A stretch of 64,000 nucleotides of DNA from Candidatus Kerfeldbacteria bacterium (GCA_016214565.1 JACROE010000002.1:984007-1048006), one strand, 5' to 3'. Counted from the first letter of the stretch, positions 1 to 9,863 are shown. Translations and numbers: made by a program. Notes: generated by a model from the letters alone, not told the origin.

Positions 1-867
1 GCAACTTATCGACTGACCCGCGCTCAGTCCGTAATGATTGCTGATCAAGGAGTGACATTTAACATGACCGTAGTTCATCAAGGTCAGCTGTATCCCCAAT
101 GGCGCGGTACGAGCTCAATACTTGCCGAATTTGATTTGCAAGGCGTTCGTTTCCGTATGGCCGCGGAGGCGCGTGCCACTGATGAGTGGGTGTATCTTGG
201 CTTTCAAGAGTTTCCAGCGATCCCATTTCTCGATATTCGTACATTGGATGGCGCGTGGTATCGCTTTCCTAATCGATGGCAAACGCATACTCAGAATCAC
301 CAGCCATTACGCATGACAGATTATATTACGTCTCTGACTCGTGATGCTGACGTTACTCTGAATAATAATCAAATGTACCAGCTAAAGGGAGTGATGGATG
401 TTCGTCGAGCGTTTGAGGAGTGGGGGATTCCACTGAGTCAGAGCGCCGAGTCCGTCCCAGTTGTGGTATTTATCGGAAAAAATGATCACCGTTTGTACCG
501 GCTGGAGATTGGTACTGGATTAACGCAGGCAATGCTTACTATTAGTGATTATGGTCAAACAGTTAGTGTGACAGAACCAACCGAAGCCCGACCATTTGAA
601 ATTTTTTGGTCGGACTTATTTGTAAAAACAAATACGCTTGATTTACCTTTGTTTGGCTCGTTACTTGGTATTAATATTGGCTCTGATGCGTCTGATGATG
701 ACAACGATGGATTGTATTTGATTTGGGAGCGCTTATTTGGTACCGACCCATTCCGAGCCGATACTGATGGAGATGGCTATACTGACAGCGAGGAGCTGAA
801 AAATGGGTATAATCCTCATGGTTCGAACCGCATAGTTCCCTTTCCTCTGAATGAAAATATTCGATAA
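1..867 (+). CDS. Hypothetical exported protein with C-terminal TSP3-like Ca-binding repeats (5' truncated by window edge)
   Basis: Frame is open from position 1; C-terminal DDDNDGL...DPFRADTDGDGYTDSEELKNGYNP motif. Confidence 0.7.
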   Translation, partial: ATYRLTRAQSVMIADQGVTFNMTVVHQGQLYPQWRGTSSILAEFDLQGVRFRMAAEARATDEWVYLGFQEFPAIPFLDIRTLDGAWYRFPNRWQTHTQNHQPLRMTDYITSLTRDADVTLNNNQMYQLKGVMDVRRAFEEWGIPLSQSAESVPVVVFIGKNDHRLYRLEIGTGLTQAMLTISDYGQTVSVTEPTEARPFEIFWSDLFVKTNTLDLPLFGSLLGINIGSDASDDDNDGLYLIWERLFGTDPFRADTDGDGYTDSEELKNGYNPHGSNRIVPFPLNENIR

Positions 868-945
868 ATGTGAGACTATAGTATCTGGGCTGTGGTTGAC
901 AAATAAAGCGAAATGAGCTAGGGTTTGAGATTGCCACTATCTATT

Positions 946-1515
946 ATGCCAGTACCCGTATTTGAGCAAACAATTCAGAAGGTAAAAGAGACAAAACGTG
1001 TAGAGCCTGAACACGTCTCAGGTTCGGTCGCTTTTTTTGCAATCATTTTGATTTTGCTGATCGCGGTGACCATGGAGATTGCGCTCCTAGATATTAATCG
1101 AATATTTAATCCTCAGTATGACTCATGTCGAGCGCGTGGTCCGATTGTTCAGCGGTTATTTGATACGGATTCAGTGCCAAAAACCTGCGACCTGAAGCAA
1201 TATGAATCTGCCCGATTATTATTGCATGCGGACGTAGTTGTGCCGCTTGTCCTCGTCTGTGTACTTGGTTTTGTTTTAATAAACATAAATAAGCGAAGCG
1301 TTACCGGTAAAATATTTAGAGTTGTATTTGTCATTGTCGCTGCATGGGGAACCGTTAGAGTTACATATGAGGGTTTGGCGTATTCACTGAGGCACCATGC
1401 GTTGTATGGAAAATATTTTGTGCTTTTAACCGCCGCAATTGCAATTATTGTCATGATCATGTGGCTGCAGCGTAACATGGTCGATCATCGGGGCGTAGCG
1501 CCAGTCAAAAAATAA
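946..1515 (+). CDS. Hypothetical membrane protein (about 4 TM)
   Basis: Four hydrophobic segments; ATG at 946 preferred over TTG at 925; TTGACA-N17-TAGGGT at 896-924. Confidence 0.7.
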   Translation: MPVPVFEQTIQKVKETKRVEPEHVSGSVAFFAIILILLIAVTMEIALLDINRIFNPQYDSCRARGPIVQRLFDTDSVPKTCDLKQYESARLLLHADVVVPLVLVCVLGFVLININKRSVTGKIFRVVFVIVAAWGTVRVTYEGLAYSLRHHALYGKYFVLLTAAIAIIVMIMWLQRNMVDHRGVAPVKK

Positions 1516-1536
1516 GTGCAAACCATTGATATTCGC

Positions 1537-1565
1537 TTGATCAGAGGGCGATTTTTTGGTATAGT
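1537..1565 (+). promoter_or_regulatory. Sigma70-type promoter for the macro domain-permease-gltX genes
   Basis: TTGATC-N17-TATAGT with TG extension. Confidence 0.6.
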
Positions 1566-1575
1566 GAAAGCAAAT

Positions 1576-2106
1576 ATGAAAGAAAAAATAGCTTTAGTAC
1601 AGGGGGATATTACTGCAGTTGAAGCGGATGCGATAGTCAATCCGGCAAATAGTGAGTTGGTTCATGGCGGCGGTTTAGCAGGAGTGCTGGCCACAGCAGG
1701 AGGCGAACAGATCCAAGAGGACTCCGATCAGATTGGCCCGATCGCAATCGGTGAAGCAGCTGTGACGAGGGCAGGCAAGCTTAAGTGCACATACCTTATT
1801 CATGCCGCCTCAATGTCCTTGGGTGGTCGTACGAGTGAAACGACTTTGCGAGCAGCGCTAACTAACGCGTATCGCCGCGCATCCGAATTGAATATTCAAA
1901 CCATCGCTTTTCCCTCCGTGGGTACGGGGTATGGGGGATATCCTGTAGAAAAAGCCGCTCAAATACAGATGGAGTGCGCGCACGATTTTCTTAGCTCGCA
2001 TCCAAACTTTCAAAAAATTACTTTTGTGTTGCATTCCGCTGACGATTTTCAGGCTTTTCAGTCGGCGTATAATTCATCATTTAACAGCAGCGATCATGGT
2101 ATATAA
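1576..2106 (+). CDS. Macro domain protein (O-acetyl-ADP-ribose deacetylase, YmdB-like)
   Basis: GDIT..EADAIVNPAN..L.HGGG, IAFPSVGTGYGG motifs. Confidence 0.9.
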   Translation: MKEKIALVQGDITAVEADAIVNPANSELVHGGGLAGVLATAGGEQIQEDSDQIGPIAIGEAAVTRAGKLKCTYLIHAASMSLGGRTSETTLRAALTNAYRRASELNIQTIAFPSVGTGYGGYPVEKAAQIQMECAHDFLSSHPNFQKITFVLHSADDFQAFQSAYNSSFNSSDHGI

Positions 2107-3214
2107 TAAAAAGTTCTTTTTTGCACTCGCAACGTTTATTGGTACCATCGTTGGTGTGGGTATTTATGGATTACCGTACGTTGGCGCGCAGGCGGGATTT
2201 TTACTATTGGTCAGTTTTTTATTACTTGCCGCTATTATTGTTTTTGTCGTTAATCGGATGCTGGCATCAATCGCGGTTCATACTCCGGGACTGCACCAGC
2301 TACCCGGCTATGCTCAGACATATCTTGGTCCATGGGCGAAGCGCGCTGCGTTGGTTATTAAAGTGTTGTCATTTTATGGAACGCTTTTAAGCTACCTAAT
2401 TATTGGCGGCCAGTTTTTAGCAAACTTGTTGAGTGGACCTGACATTTTGTATACGTTTATATTTTTTATTGTTGCCGCTCTCTTGATTTGGCGCGGAGCT
2501 CGCTCTATCGGGCCGGTAGAATTAATTCTTATGAGTCTTCTCATTTTGTTGGTTATTTTGTTGCTTGTGTTTGGATTTAGTTCCATTGAAGCAACAAATT
2601 TGAAACCGATTAACTGGTCCTACGCATTTCTACCATACGGCGTCGCACTATTCGCCATGTGGGGAGCGTCCATTATTCCTGAACTCAAGGAGGAATTAGC
2701 AGGGGATTTGAAAAAGTTAACTCGCATTATAATAGTTGGCTTGTCTACGTGTCTCGCCTTGTACTTAGTTTTTTCATTTTTAGTCATTGGCATTAGCGGT
2801 CCAGCTACAAGCGAAAACGCAATCGCAGGTCTTACGAGCGCGCTTGGCGGAGATATAGTTAAATTTGGTTATTTGCTTGGCGTGATAACAACCTTTTCTT
2901 CATTTACCACGCTTGGTATGACTACGCATAAACTCTTTTGGTACGACTACAAGATACCAAAGTTTTGGTCATGGTTGCTTGCCATGTTTGTTCCCCTTAC
3001 GTTATTTATTATTGGTTTACAGGACTTTATTGCCATTATTAGCATAACCGGTGCTATCATGCTGGGACTAGACGGTATTTTAGTTGCTTTGGTATTTATT
3101 GCTATGAAGCGTAAGCAAGGATCTAGCCGTCTTACGGCTTATTCGATGTTAAGCGCTGTTTTGATGGTTTGTTTGCTGATTGGGGTGATTCTTGAAATAA
3201 CTAAACCTTCCTAA
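2096..3214 (+). CDS. Amino acid permease (aromatic amino acid/HAAAP-like)
   Basis: GTIVGVGIYGLP N-terminal motif, about 11 TM segments. Confidence 0.8.
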   Translation: MVYNKKFFFALATFIGTIVGVGIYGLPYVGAQAGFLLLVSFLLLAAIIVFVVNRMLASIAVHTPGLHQLPGYAQTYLGPWAKRAALVIKVLSFYGTLLSYLIIGGQFLANLLSGPDILYTFIFFIVAALLIWRGARSIGPVELILMSLLILLVILLLVFGFSSIEATNLKPINWSYAFLPYGVALFAMWGASIIPELKEELAGDLKKLTRIIIVGLSTCLALYLVFSFLVIGISGPATSENAIAGLTSALGGDIVKFGYLLGVITTFSSFTTLGMTTHKLFWYDYKIPKFWSWLLAMFVPLTLFIIGLQDFIAIISITGAIMLGLDGILVALVFIAMKRKQGSSRLTAYSMLSAVLMVCLLIGVILEITKPS

Positions 3215-3218
3215 TTGT

Positions 3219-4652
3219 ATGGCTTCATTAGCATCAGTTGTTGTCAGATTTGCCCCTTCGCCCACGGGATTTTTGCATATCGGCAGTCTACGCACGGCAC
3301 TTTTTAATTGGCTGTGGGCGCGTAAAAACAACGGAAAATTTATTTTACGTATTGAGGATACTGACCAAACTCGATTAGTACCGGGCGCAGTTGAGAATAT
3401 TCAGGAAGCACTGGCTTGGTATGGACTGGATGTTGACGCTGGTCCTTTTTTTCAATCTCAACGACTTGACCTGTATCGAGCAGCCGCGGAACGACTGATC
3501 GCATCTGGCCATGCCTACTACAGTTTTGAAACTGCTGACGAATTAACCAAACTTCGCGAGGTTCAACGTCTGCAAGGTATTCCCATTAAGTACCGTTCAT
3601 TGTCGGTCGCGTCACTGACTGATGCTGTCATTCAAGAAAAAATAAAAGCCGGCGAGCCGTACGTTGTTCGACTGCGCGTGCCTGAAGAGGGCACAACAAC
3701 ATTTGACGATCAGGTGTACGGCACGGTTACGGTTGAGAACGCACGAATTGATGATCAGGTATTATTAAAAAGCGATGGCTTTCCCACCTACCATTTAGCA
3801 AATGTGGTTGACGATCATGATATGGAGGTGACGCATGTGATTCGCGGCGAGGAGTGGTTACCTTCGACGCCAAAACACATGGTTTTGTATGCGGCCTTTG
3901 GTTGGCAACCGCCGACATTTTGTCATTTGCCGCTCATATTAGGAAGTGACAAAGCGAAATTATCAAAACGGCATGGCGCCGTGCCCGCGCTTGAATATCG
4001 AGCGCTTGGGTACACCCCGAAAGCGATTTTGAATTTTATCGCATTGCTTGGCTGGAATCCGAAAACAGAGCAAGAGTTTTTTACAATTCAAGAATTAATC
4101 GAAGCCTTTGAATTAGAGAAATTAAATAAATCAAGCGCCGTTTTTGATGTGAAAAAGTTAGACTGGCTGAATGCTCATTCGATTCGCACCATTTCACCGT
4201 CTGAATTATTAGAATACGCACGTCCGTTTATCGGTTCGTACGCTGAGCATAAAAATATTTTGCCAGCGCTTGACGCTGTTCGCGGAAGAGTAACCCGATT
4301 GACTGATTTAGTGGACGATTTAAAGATTTTCTTTGAGCCGATCGATTGGACCAACCCGTCATTGATTATCGCGAAAGGGGAGGATGCGTCACAGGCAATC
4401 CAATCATTGACCCTTGCTCGAGAGATTATTAGACCTCTATCATTTAGTGAACTCGATCGACCGGCCATCGTCACACTTTTCAAAGAATCCATTGCTCAGC
4501 ACCAGACCTCCACTAAATCGTTGCTATGGCCACTGCGTGTGGCTCTGAGCGGCCGGACGAACAGCCCTGGATTTGATGAACTGATGCTCGGCTTAGGCAA
4601 GGACGAAACGCTACAGCGGATTGAAAAAGCCATCCTGCTATTGAAAAAATAA
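3219..4652 (+). CDS. gltX: Glutamate--tRNA ligase
   Basis: RFAPSPTGFLHIG (HIGH), LRIEDTD, KLSKR. Confidence 0.97.
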   Translation: MASLASVVVRFAPSPTGFLHIGSLRTALFNWLWARKNNGKFILRIEDTDQTRLVPGAVENIQEALAWYGLDVDAGPFFQSQRLDLYRAAAERLIASGHAYYSFETADELTKLREVQRLQGIPIKYRSLSVASLTDAVIQEKIKAGEPYVVRLRVPEEGTTTFDDQVYGTVTVENARIDDQVLLKSDGFPTYHLANVVDDHDMEVTHVIRGEEWLPSTPKHMVLYAAFGWQPPTFCHLPLILGSDKAKLSKRHGAVPALEYRALGYTPKAILNFIALLGWNPKTEQEFFTIQELIEAFELEKLNKSSAVFDVKKLDWLNAHSIRTISPSELLEYARPFIGSYAEHKNILPALDAVRGRVTRLTDLVDDLKIFFEPIDWTNPSLIIAKGEDASQAIQSLTLAREIIRPLSFSELDRPAIVTLFKESIAQHQTSTKSLLWPLRVALSGRTNSPGFDELMLGLGKDETLQRIEKAILLLKK

Positions 4653-4669
4653 GGGAAATGTGCTATATT
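4641..4669 (+). promoter_or_regulatory. Sigma70-type promoter for the coiled-coil M23 peptidase
   Basis: TTGAAA-N17-TATATT with TG extension. Confidence 0.55.
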
Positions 4670-4700
4670 CTTATTTGCTACTAACCTTAGCGCATAAAAA

Positions 4701-5960
4701 ATGGCTCTCTACGGTAATATAAAGAAAAATCATTATTTAGTCGTACTTGGGGTACTCACCATAGTCTTGGTGGGCTTCTTCGGTTGGAGCTGGAATTCAT
4801 TTGCGCAGACAGCGGGGGATAACCAGTCAGATGAATCCGTAACCGCCTTGAATGCAGAAATTGACGCGAAGCGGAAGGAAGTCGAAGAGCTAAACAAACG
4901 GGCTCAAATTTATGAAGATACGGTCAAGGCTAAACAGAAGGAGGCATCAACTCTACAAAATCAGCTCTCATTGATTGATGTACAAGTAGAGCAGACCCAG
5001 AATGATATCGAGCGGATTACGGCGGAGATAGAGGCACTTAATCTTGAACTTGAACAGTTAGCCGTCAATATCGCTGACAAGACAGTTGAGCTGCAGAGTA
5101 GCCAAGAGGTATTGGCTCAGTATTTGCGATTAATACATCGCTATGATCAGCAGACATACCTCGAGATACTCATGACAAACAAGTCTTTTTCTGAATTCTT
5201 TGATAATTTTCAGTATACCCAAAAACTGCAAGCTGACGTTGAGCAAGCGCTGGTTGCGACACGAACAATGCGCGATGAATTAGCCTTGCAAGAAAAAGAA
5301 AAGTCAGATAAAAAATCAGAGTTATCGCAACTGTCCGACAAACTGACTGGAAGCGTCGCTGATTTAGGTAATCAAAAAGATTACAAAACGACCCTGTTAG
5401 CCGATACTAAAGAAGATGAAGCAACGTATCAAGTTTTATTGGCAGAAGCAAAACGCGAGCAGGATTCAGCGCAAGCCGACATTCGTTCATTAGAATCAAA
5501 AGCTCGGTCGCAGCTGGAAGAAGAAGGGGTTGACCTAAGTGCCGACACACAGTTGATATGGCCCGTTGCACCTCTTAAAGGTATTTCTGCATATTTTCAT
5601 GATCCAAGTTATCCATTTCGTCACATCTTCGAACATCCAGCAATCGATATTCCAGCTCCACAGGGTACGCCGATCCGTGCCGCGGATAATGGGTATGTTG
5701 TCCGTGCTAAAAATGCCGGGATGGGCTACAGCTATATCATGCTGGTGCATAATGATCAATTCACGACTGTGTACGGCCATGTTTCCCGTATTGACGTGAC
5801 GGAAGAGGAGTACGTGGTTCGTGGCCAACAAATCGGGTTAGTAGGTGGTTTGCCAGGCACTCCAGGCGCTGGCGGTCTTACCACAGGACCACATCTTCAC
5901 TTCGAGGTACGCTCAAATGGTATTCCAGTTAATCCATTGGATTATTTGCCAGGCTACTAA
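4701..5960 (+). CDS. Coiled-coil M23 family peptidoglycan endopeptidase (CwlO/EnvC-like architecture)
   Basis: N-terminal TM, long coiled coil, HPAID and GPHLHFEVR M23 motifs. Confidence 0.9.
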   Translation: MALYGNIKKNHYLVVLGVLTIVLVGFFGWSWNSFAQTAGDNQSDESVTALNAEIDAKRKEVEELNKRAQIYEDTVKAKQKEASTLQNQLSLIDVQVEQTQNDIERITAEIEALNLELEQLAVNIADKTVELQSSQEVLAQYLRLIHRYDQQTYLEILMTNKSFSEFFDNFQYTQKLQADVEQALVATRTMRDELALQEKEKSDKKSELSQLSDKLTGSVADLGNQKDYKTTLLADTKEDEATYQVLLAEAKREQDSAQADIRSLESKARSQLEEEGVDLSADTQLIWPVAPLKGISAYFHDPSYPFRHIFEHPAIDIPAPQGTPIRAADNGYVVRAKNAGMGYSYIMLVHNDQFTTVYGHVSRIDVTEEEYVVRGQQIGLVGGLPGTPGAGGLTTGPHLHFEVRSNGIPVNPLDYLPGY

Positions 5961-5983
5961 TGAGTCGGCGGTTTAAGCAAAAC

Positions 5984-6012
5984 AAAAACCTCGGATGACC
6001 CGAGGCTTTTTT
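5984..6012. terminator. Bidirectional intrinsic terminator between the convergent M23 genes
   Basis: AAAAA-CCTCGG-atgac-CCGAGG-CTTTTTT. Confidence 0.75.
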
Positions 6013-6039
6013 GTATTGTGAAATAATTCGCAAGTAAAA

Positions 6040-7506
6040 TTAATAAGGAGAAAATAGTTCTCGGATTGATGTACGTCGGGATGATTTAGTTGTTACTACG
6101 CTGGCCGTGTCAGTACTACCGGCAATCTGGTATCCGCCACGCCACCACGGCTCGTATGCATTATAATCCTGTATTAAACCGCCTTGTATTGAATACAAGC
6201 GAAATTGAGGTCCACCGCGGGATGCCGGGGCGACTAAAACCTCGGGTTCAAGCGATCCGGAATCCATATTGGCAATGGCAACGTTTACGCCACCGCGAAA
6301 TGAGCTATCGTACGGAAAAAACTGCCCATAGTGGTTGCCTTTGCTATCAAATAATCTGACGTGAGCTCCGCCACCGATGCCAGGGCCAGTCACAATCAGT
6401 GCGGGCGCTGCCTCAGTAGCTTCAGCAGCATCTACTGTTACGCCACCGCGAAAAGTCGTGGCATACGGAAAAAATTGACTGATGTGTGCGCCACCATGTG
6501 TCATGACTCGGACGTGCGGCGCCCCACCCGGACCGGCGCCAGTAATGATTTCCGCAATTCCATCTCCGGTGAGATCTGCCGCAGCCACATTTACACCACC
6601 GCGAAAGGATGGAGCATATGCCATAAATTGCCCGCGTACTTTTGCATCGGCGGTGAAGATACGCACCTGCGGGCCACCGCCCGGACCGGCCGCAGCAATA
6701 ATTTCATCAATGCCGTCGTTATTGAAATCTCCAGCCGCCACGTCTACGCCACCGCGAAAAGATTCAGGAAATGCAAAAAACCCGCCGAGAAGTGTTCCAT
6801 TTTGCGCGTACATACGCACCTGCGGTCCGCCACCGGCGGCTGCACCGACGATAATTTCTTCTCCGGCAAATTTGCCATTCAGCTCTCCATAAGCGATTGA
6901 ACCGCCACCCATAAATCGGTCAAAGGGAACAATCTCATTTTCTAATGGGGGAGGAACTGTGGCTGAACCAAGGTGGAGCGCGCTGGACAGTGAATCAAAA
7001 GGGTTAATAATACTTCCATCGGGAGCGTGGATTTCAAAATGCAGATGGGAAACGGTTGACTCCGCATTACCCGAGTCTCCCATCCAGCCGATGAGTTGGC
7101 CTCGCTGTATCGGATTGCCACGCAGGATATCTGGTGCATACGCACTCATCCCGCCACCGTTTCCATCGTCGGTTCCGTAGGTATCATTATTAATATGTAA
7201 ATACCAGTATTCATAACCAGCCGCGTCCTCGAGAAAAACCGCATACCCATAATATGGTTCTGGGTAGGCGACATAATGAACCGTTCCATCGACAGCTGCA
7301 ACGAGCGGCTGATGCTTCATGCCCATAATATCATTTCCCTCATGCGTACGTCCGCCTGATCGAGGTGCGCCAAAGTCATTTGAAAAACGAGTATCGCCTA
7401 ATACGGGAAAGATTATATCTCGTGTTTCTGCCGCACAAACGTGCGCGCCCATGAATAAACCTGCCGCAACCAGTATGGTCAGGGCTATTGTTTTTATTTG
7501 TAACAT
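6040..7506 (-). CDS. Secreted M23 peptidase fused to FG-GAP-like repeats
   Basis: Signal peptide, HEGND and SHLHFEIH, then repeated GGGPQVR..F.AY..FRGGV.VA units; start placed at ATG 7506. Confidence 0.85.
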   Translation of the reverse strand: MLQIKTIALTILVAAGLFMGAHVCAAETRDIIFPVLGDTRFSNDFGAPRSGGRTHEGNDIMGMKHQPLVAAVDGTVHYVAYPEPYYGYAVFLEDAAGYEYWYLHINNDTYGTDDGNGGGMSAYAPDILRGNPIQRGQLIGWMGDSGNAESTVSHLHFEIHAPDGSIINPFDSLSSALHLGSATVPPPLENEIVPFDRFMGGGSIAYGELNGKFAGEEIIVGAAAGGGPQVRMYAQNGTLLGGFFAFPESFRGGVDVAAGDFNNDGIDEIIAAAGPGGGPQVRIFTADAKVRGQFMAYAPSFRGGVNVAAADLTGDGIAEIITGAGPGGAPHVRVMTHGGAHISQFFPYATTFRGGVTVDAAEATEAAPALIVTGPGIGGGAHVRLFDSKGNHYGQFFPYDSSFRGGVNVAIANMDSGSLEPEVLVAPASRGGPQFRLYSIQGGLIQDYNAYEPWWRGGYQIAGSTDTASVVTTKSSRRTSIRELFSPY

Positions 7507-7512
7507 ACTGAA

Positions 7513-7541
7513 AGTATAGCAGATTTTTTCGTGAAAATCAA
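7513..7541 (-). promoter_or_regulatory. Promoter giving a probably leaderless mRNA
   Basis: TTGATT-N17-TATACT; ATG lies 6 nt after the -10 box. Confidence 0.6.
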
Positions 7542-7544
7542 TAT

Positions 7545-7583
7545 TAAAATCCCCACGCACTCAGTGAACTGGGGGTGTGGGGA
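7545..7583 (-). terminator. Intrinsic terminator of the 7609-7932 gene
   Basis: GC-rich hairpin CCCCACAC...GCGTGGGG followed by ATTTTAAT on - strand. Confidence 0.55.
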
Positions 7584-7608
7584 TGGTTGAAGGGAGGCAG
7601 CCTGCTTT

Positions 7609-7932
7609 TCAGCAGGTGGAATAAGTTCGAGAATGATGCGGAGCGGCACAATACCGTTTGACGATTCCGCGCAAAGCTCGGCGAGACAGACAATCAGCCG
7701 GGAACTGATGACTGGTATCGCTGAAGACTAAGGCGTAGGCGCCCTCGTTGATAATCAATTCAACGGGCACCTCTTTCATCGTAGGCAAACGGGCGCAGAA
7801 TTCGTTGATAACCGGCGTGTGTTCATCCGTGATCGCAGATGGAATACTCGGAATAACTTCTTTAAAATGAGTTACCAGGGCATCGGTATCCATCCGGACA
7901 AGTCTCGGCGCAGACGCGATTTTTTTCTTCAT
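7609..7932 (-). CDS. Hypothetical protein
   Basis: 107 aa ORF with SD AAGGAG, its own promoter and terminator. Confidence 0.65.
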   Translation of the reverse strand: MKKKIASAPRLVRMDTDALVTHFKEVIPSIPSAITDEHTPVINEFCARLPTMKEVPVELIINEGAYALVFSDTSHQFPADCLSRRALRGIVKRYCAAPHHSRTYSTC

Positions 7933-7995
7933 GGAAAGAACTCCTTTTTGAAATTGTTTGTTTTGGTTTTTGGTTAGTAATAATGTTTAGCGATA

Positions 7996-8024
7996 ATATT
8001 AGCGGAAATGCCAATATATGTCAA
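7996..8024 (-). promoter_or_regulatory. Sigma70-type promoter
   Basis: TTGACA-N17-TAATAT. Confidence 0.6.
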
Positions 8025-8032
8025 GGGTAGCC

Positions 8033-8069
8033 AAAAATGAACCCCGCCAGACATAATGCCGTGCGGGGT
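8033..8069 (-). terminator. Intrinsic terminator of the 8081-8317 gene
   Basis: ACCCCGC...GCGGGGT stem, then TCATTTTT. Confidence 0.6.
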
Positions 8070-8080
8070 AAAAAAGGGGG

Positions 8081-8317
8081 TTACCAGTGCTCGGTAGCAC
8101 TGCGTCGCTCGATAGGCTCAATGGTCAGCGATGACTCGCCGACGCGCTGTAAACCGATCATGCGGCGAGTAAGGAAATTTTGAGTACTGATCCAGTTGTG
8201 GGATAGCTCTAAAATTTCCTGTTGATCGAGATCACTTCGCCATGTCATGACACAATTGTCGATATTCTTACCATCGACAACCAGATCATCCATCGATAAG
8301 ACGAATTCTACCAACAT
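8081..8317 (-). CDS. Small hypothetical protein (78 aa)
   Basis: Protein-like composition, SD GGAG, downstream terminator. Confidence 0.7.
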   Translation of the reverse strand: MLVEFVLSMDDLVVDGKNIDNCVMTWRSDLDQQEILELSHNWISTQNFLTRRMIGLQRVGESSLTIEPIERRSATEHW

Positions 8318-8389
8318 ACACGCTCCATAGTGTAGACATGGAGCATCCTATGCGATGATACGCGCATCCTATGGCGCGCAATGATTAAC

Positions 8390-8419
8390 AAAAAGTGCGG
8401 TTCATTACCGTACCGCACT
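8390..8419 (-). terminator. Terminator of the Gmad2 gene, overlapping a putative promoter (TTGACT-N17-TACGGT, 8407-8435)
   Basis: AGTGCGG...CCGCACT stem followed by TTTT on - strand. Confidence 0.6.
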
Positions 8420-8446
8420 CGTCATATTTAGTCAAGATTTTAATCG

Positions 8447-9112
8447 TCAGTCAAAGATAAGAGGGATGGACAATTCATCATTCAATTCAGGAAGCCCAGA
8501 GGGATTATTCTTGCTGAGTATCAGTGTGCCGGCATTGCCCTCTGGTTTATCAAATGTCAGCGTTAGCGTGAAATCTACAAATTCAGTAGTCATGGCGTCA
8601 CCCTCGGCAGAGGCGGTACCACTTACTATTACAGCTCCATCGCTATCCATGAGCGTAACCGGAAATTCACTTTCAAAAAACCAGGAACCGCGAGCGCGTC
8701 CGGTGATTTTGAGCGGACTCGTAATTTTAGTTTGAGGGCGGGGACTGTCAACCACAATTTCATCTGCTTTCTCCAATTCATTGCCAATGTCCTGGGTAAA
8801 AGTTTGGCCACCCGGTACGGCACATCTCGGCGGATATGACTCCATGATGGCGTAGCCAGCATCCACACACTCATCATACGTGGTAATTTCTGGTCCGCCG
8901 ACCCCGCCATTTGAATTAGCGGTGGTATTTGTGTTACTACATCCAGTCGTCGGAGCGGCTGCGGTGGGGTTGCCTCGCTTAACCCATGCGCCATTTTCAC
9001 ATACCCAGGAGTTTTCGTTCGTACCCAGTCGGCTATAGACAACAGCACCAATTACTACAACTGCAATCAATAACAGTATGCCGCTTAATGCTTGTTTTGA
9101 ACTTTTTTTCAT
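8447..9112 (-). CDS. Membrane-anchored Gmad2 immunoglobulin-like domain protein
   Basis: N-terminal TM, Cys mini-domains (WVCENGAW; ECVDAGYAIMESYPPRC), C-terminal ITGRARGSWFFESEFPV...KNNPSGLPE. Confidence 0.8.
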   Translation of the reverse strand: MKKSSKQALSGILLLIAVVVIGAVVYSRLGTNENSWVCENGAWVKRGNPTAAAPTTGCSNTNTTANSNGGVGGPEITTYDECVDAGYAIMESYPPRCAVPGGQTFTQDIGNELEKADEIVVDSPRPQTKITSPLKITGRARGSWFFESEFPVTLMDSDGAVIVSGTASAEGDAMTTEFVDFTLTLTFDKPEGNAGTLILSKNNPSGLPELNDELSIPLIFD

Positions 9113-9232
9113 ATGATTAATTTTAATGATGTACCTATTGTATCCCTGAAGCGTTTGTTCGTCCAGGTGCCGACAGACTATTGGTAGTTAAAAATAACAA
9201 TTTGTTGTACCGCGAGCCGATTTTTCAGTAGG

Positions 9233-9862
9233 TTATTTTCTGCCGACATAGCGTATGAGATTGTGGTTGTCAGTTAAGCGATCTTTGTACGTTTCACCTC
9301 GTGCATCGACCATAATAGTCTGGAATTGGCGAGTAAATTGCATTGCCATAGTAATGTCAAAAAATCGTTTTTGAACAGTATCAACGTCGAGGAAACCCGG
9401 CTCGATTGGAATGCCACTACGAAACTCCGGGTCGCTCTGTGAATTTACTAGGAAGGCACAAATACCACCTGTTTTTAAAACCCGATGAATATCATTAAAA
9501 ATTTCATAGGTGGTTGTCGTGTCAAAGTAGTGTAATGATAAATGGGCATATACCACATCAAATGTATTTTCCAAATACGGCAGCCGCTTGCTGATATCAT
9601 GGTGCTGAATGCGAATGTTGTTTGAGGTACGAAGCATTCTTTCCTGCGCTTTTATCAGTGCCGTTTCGGCTGAGTCAATCAAAGTAACCTGGTACCCCTT
9701 TTCCGCAAAGTATTTGGCGTCCTGTCCTTGCCCGCCCCCCATATCAAGTAGAGTCCCAGAGGGTGGGAAAAACTGCAGACACCATTCAGCAAAAAGCGAC
9801 GGCTGATTAATCCAATCCGCTTTACTATAGATTTCGTGCTGTTTGTTCCAGTAGGATTGCAT
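9233..9862 (-). CDS. Class I SAM-dependent methyltransferase
   Basis: LLDMGGGQG motif I, FDVVYAHLSLHYF, RVLKTGG. Confidence 0.9.
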   Translation of the reverse strand: MQSYWNKQHEIYSKADWINQPSLFAEWCLQFFPPSGTLLDMGGGQGQDAKYFAEKGYQVTLIDSAETALIKAQERMLRTSNNIRIQHHDISKRLPYLENTFDVVYAHLSLHYFDTTTTYEIFNDIHRVLKTGGICAFLVNSQSDPEFRSGIPIEPGFLDVDTVQKRFFDITMAMQFTRQFQTIMVDARGETYKDRLTDNHNLIRYVGRK

Positions 9863-9863
9863 A

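Noticed and set aside
6090-6900. Long antisense ORFs (also 19316-19957, 21955-22374, 28373-28753 and others)
   Set aside because: Shadow frames of well-supported genes on the opposite strand, with no recognisable motifs.
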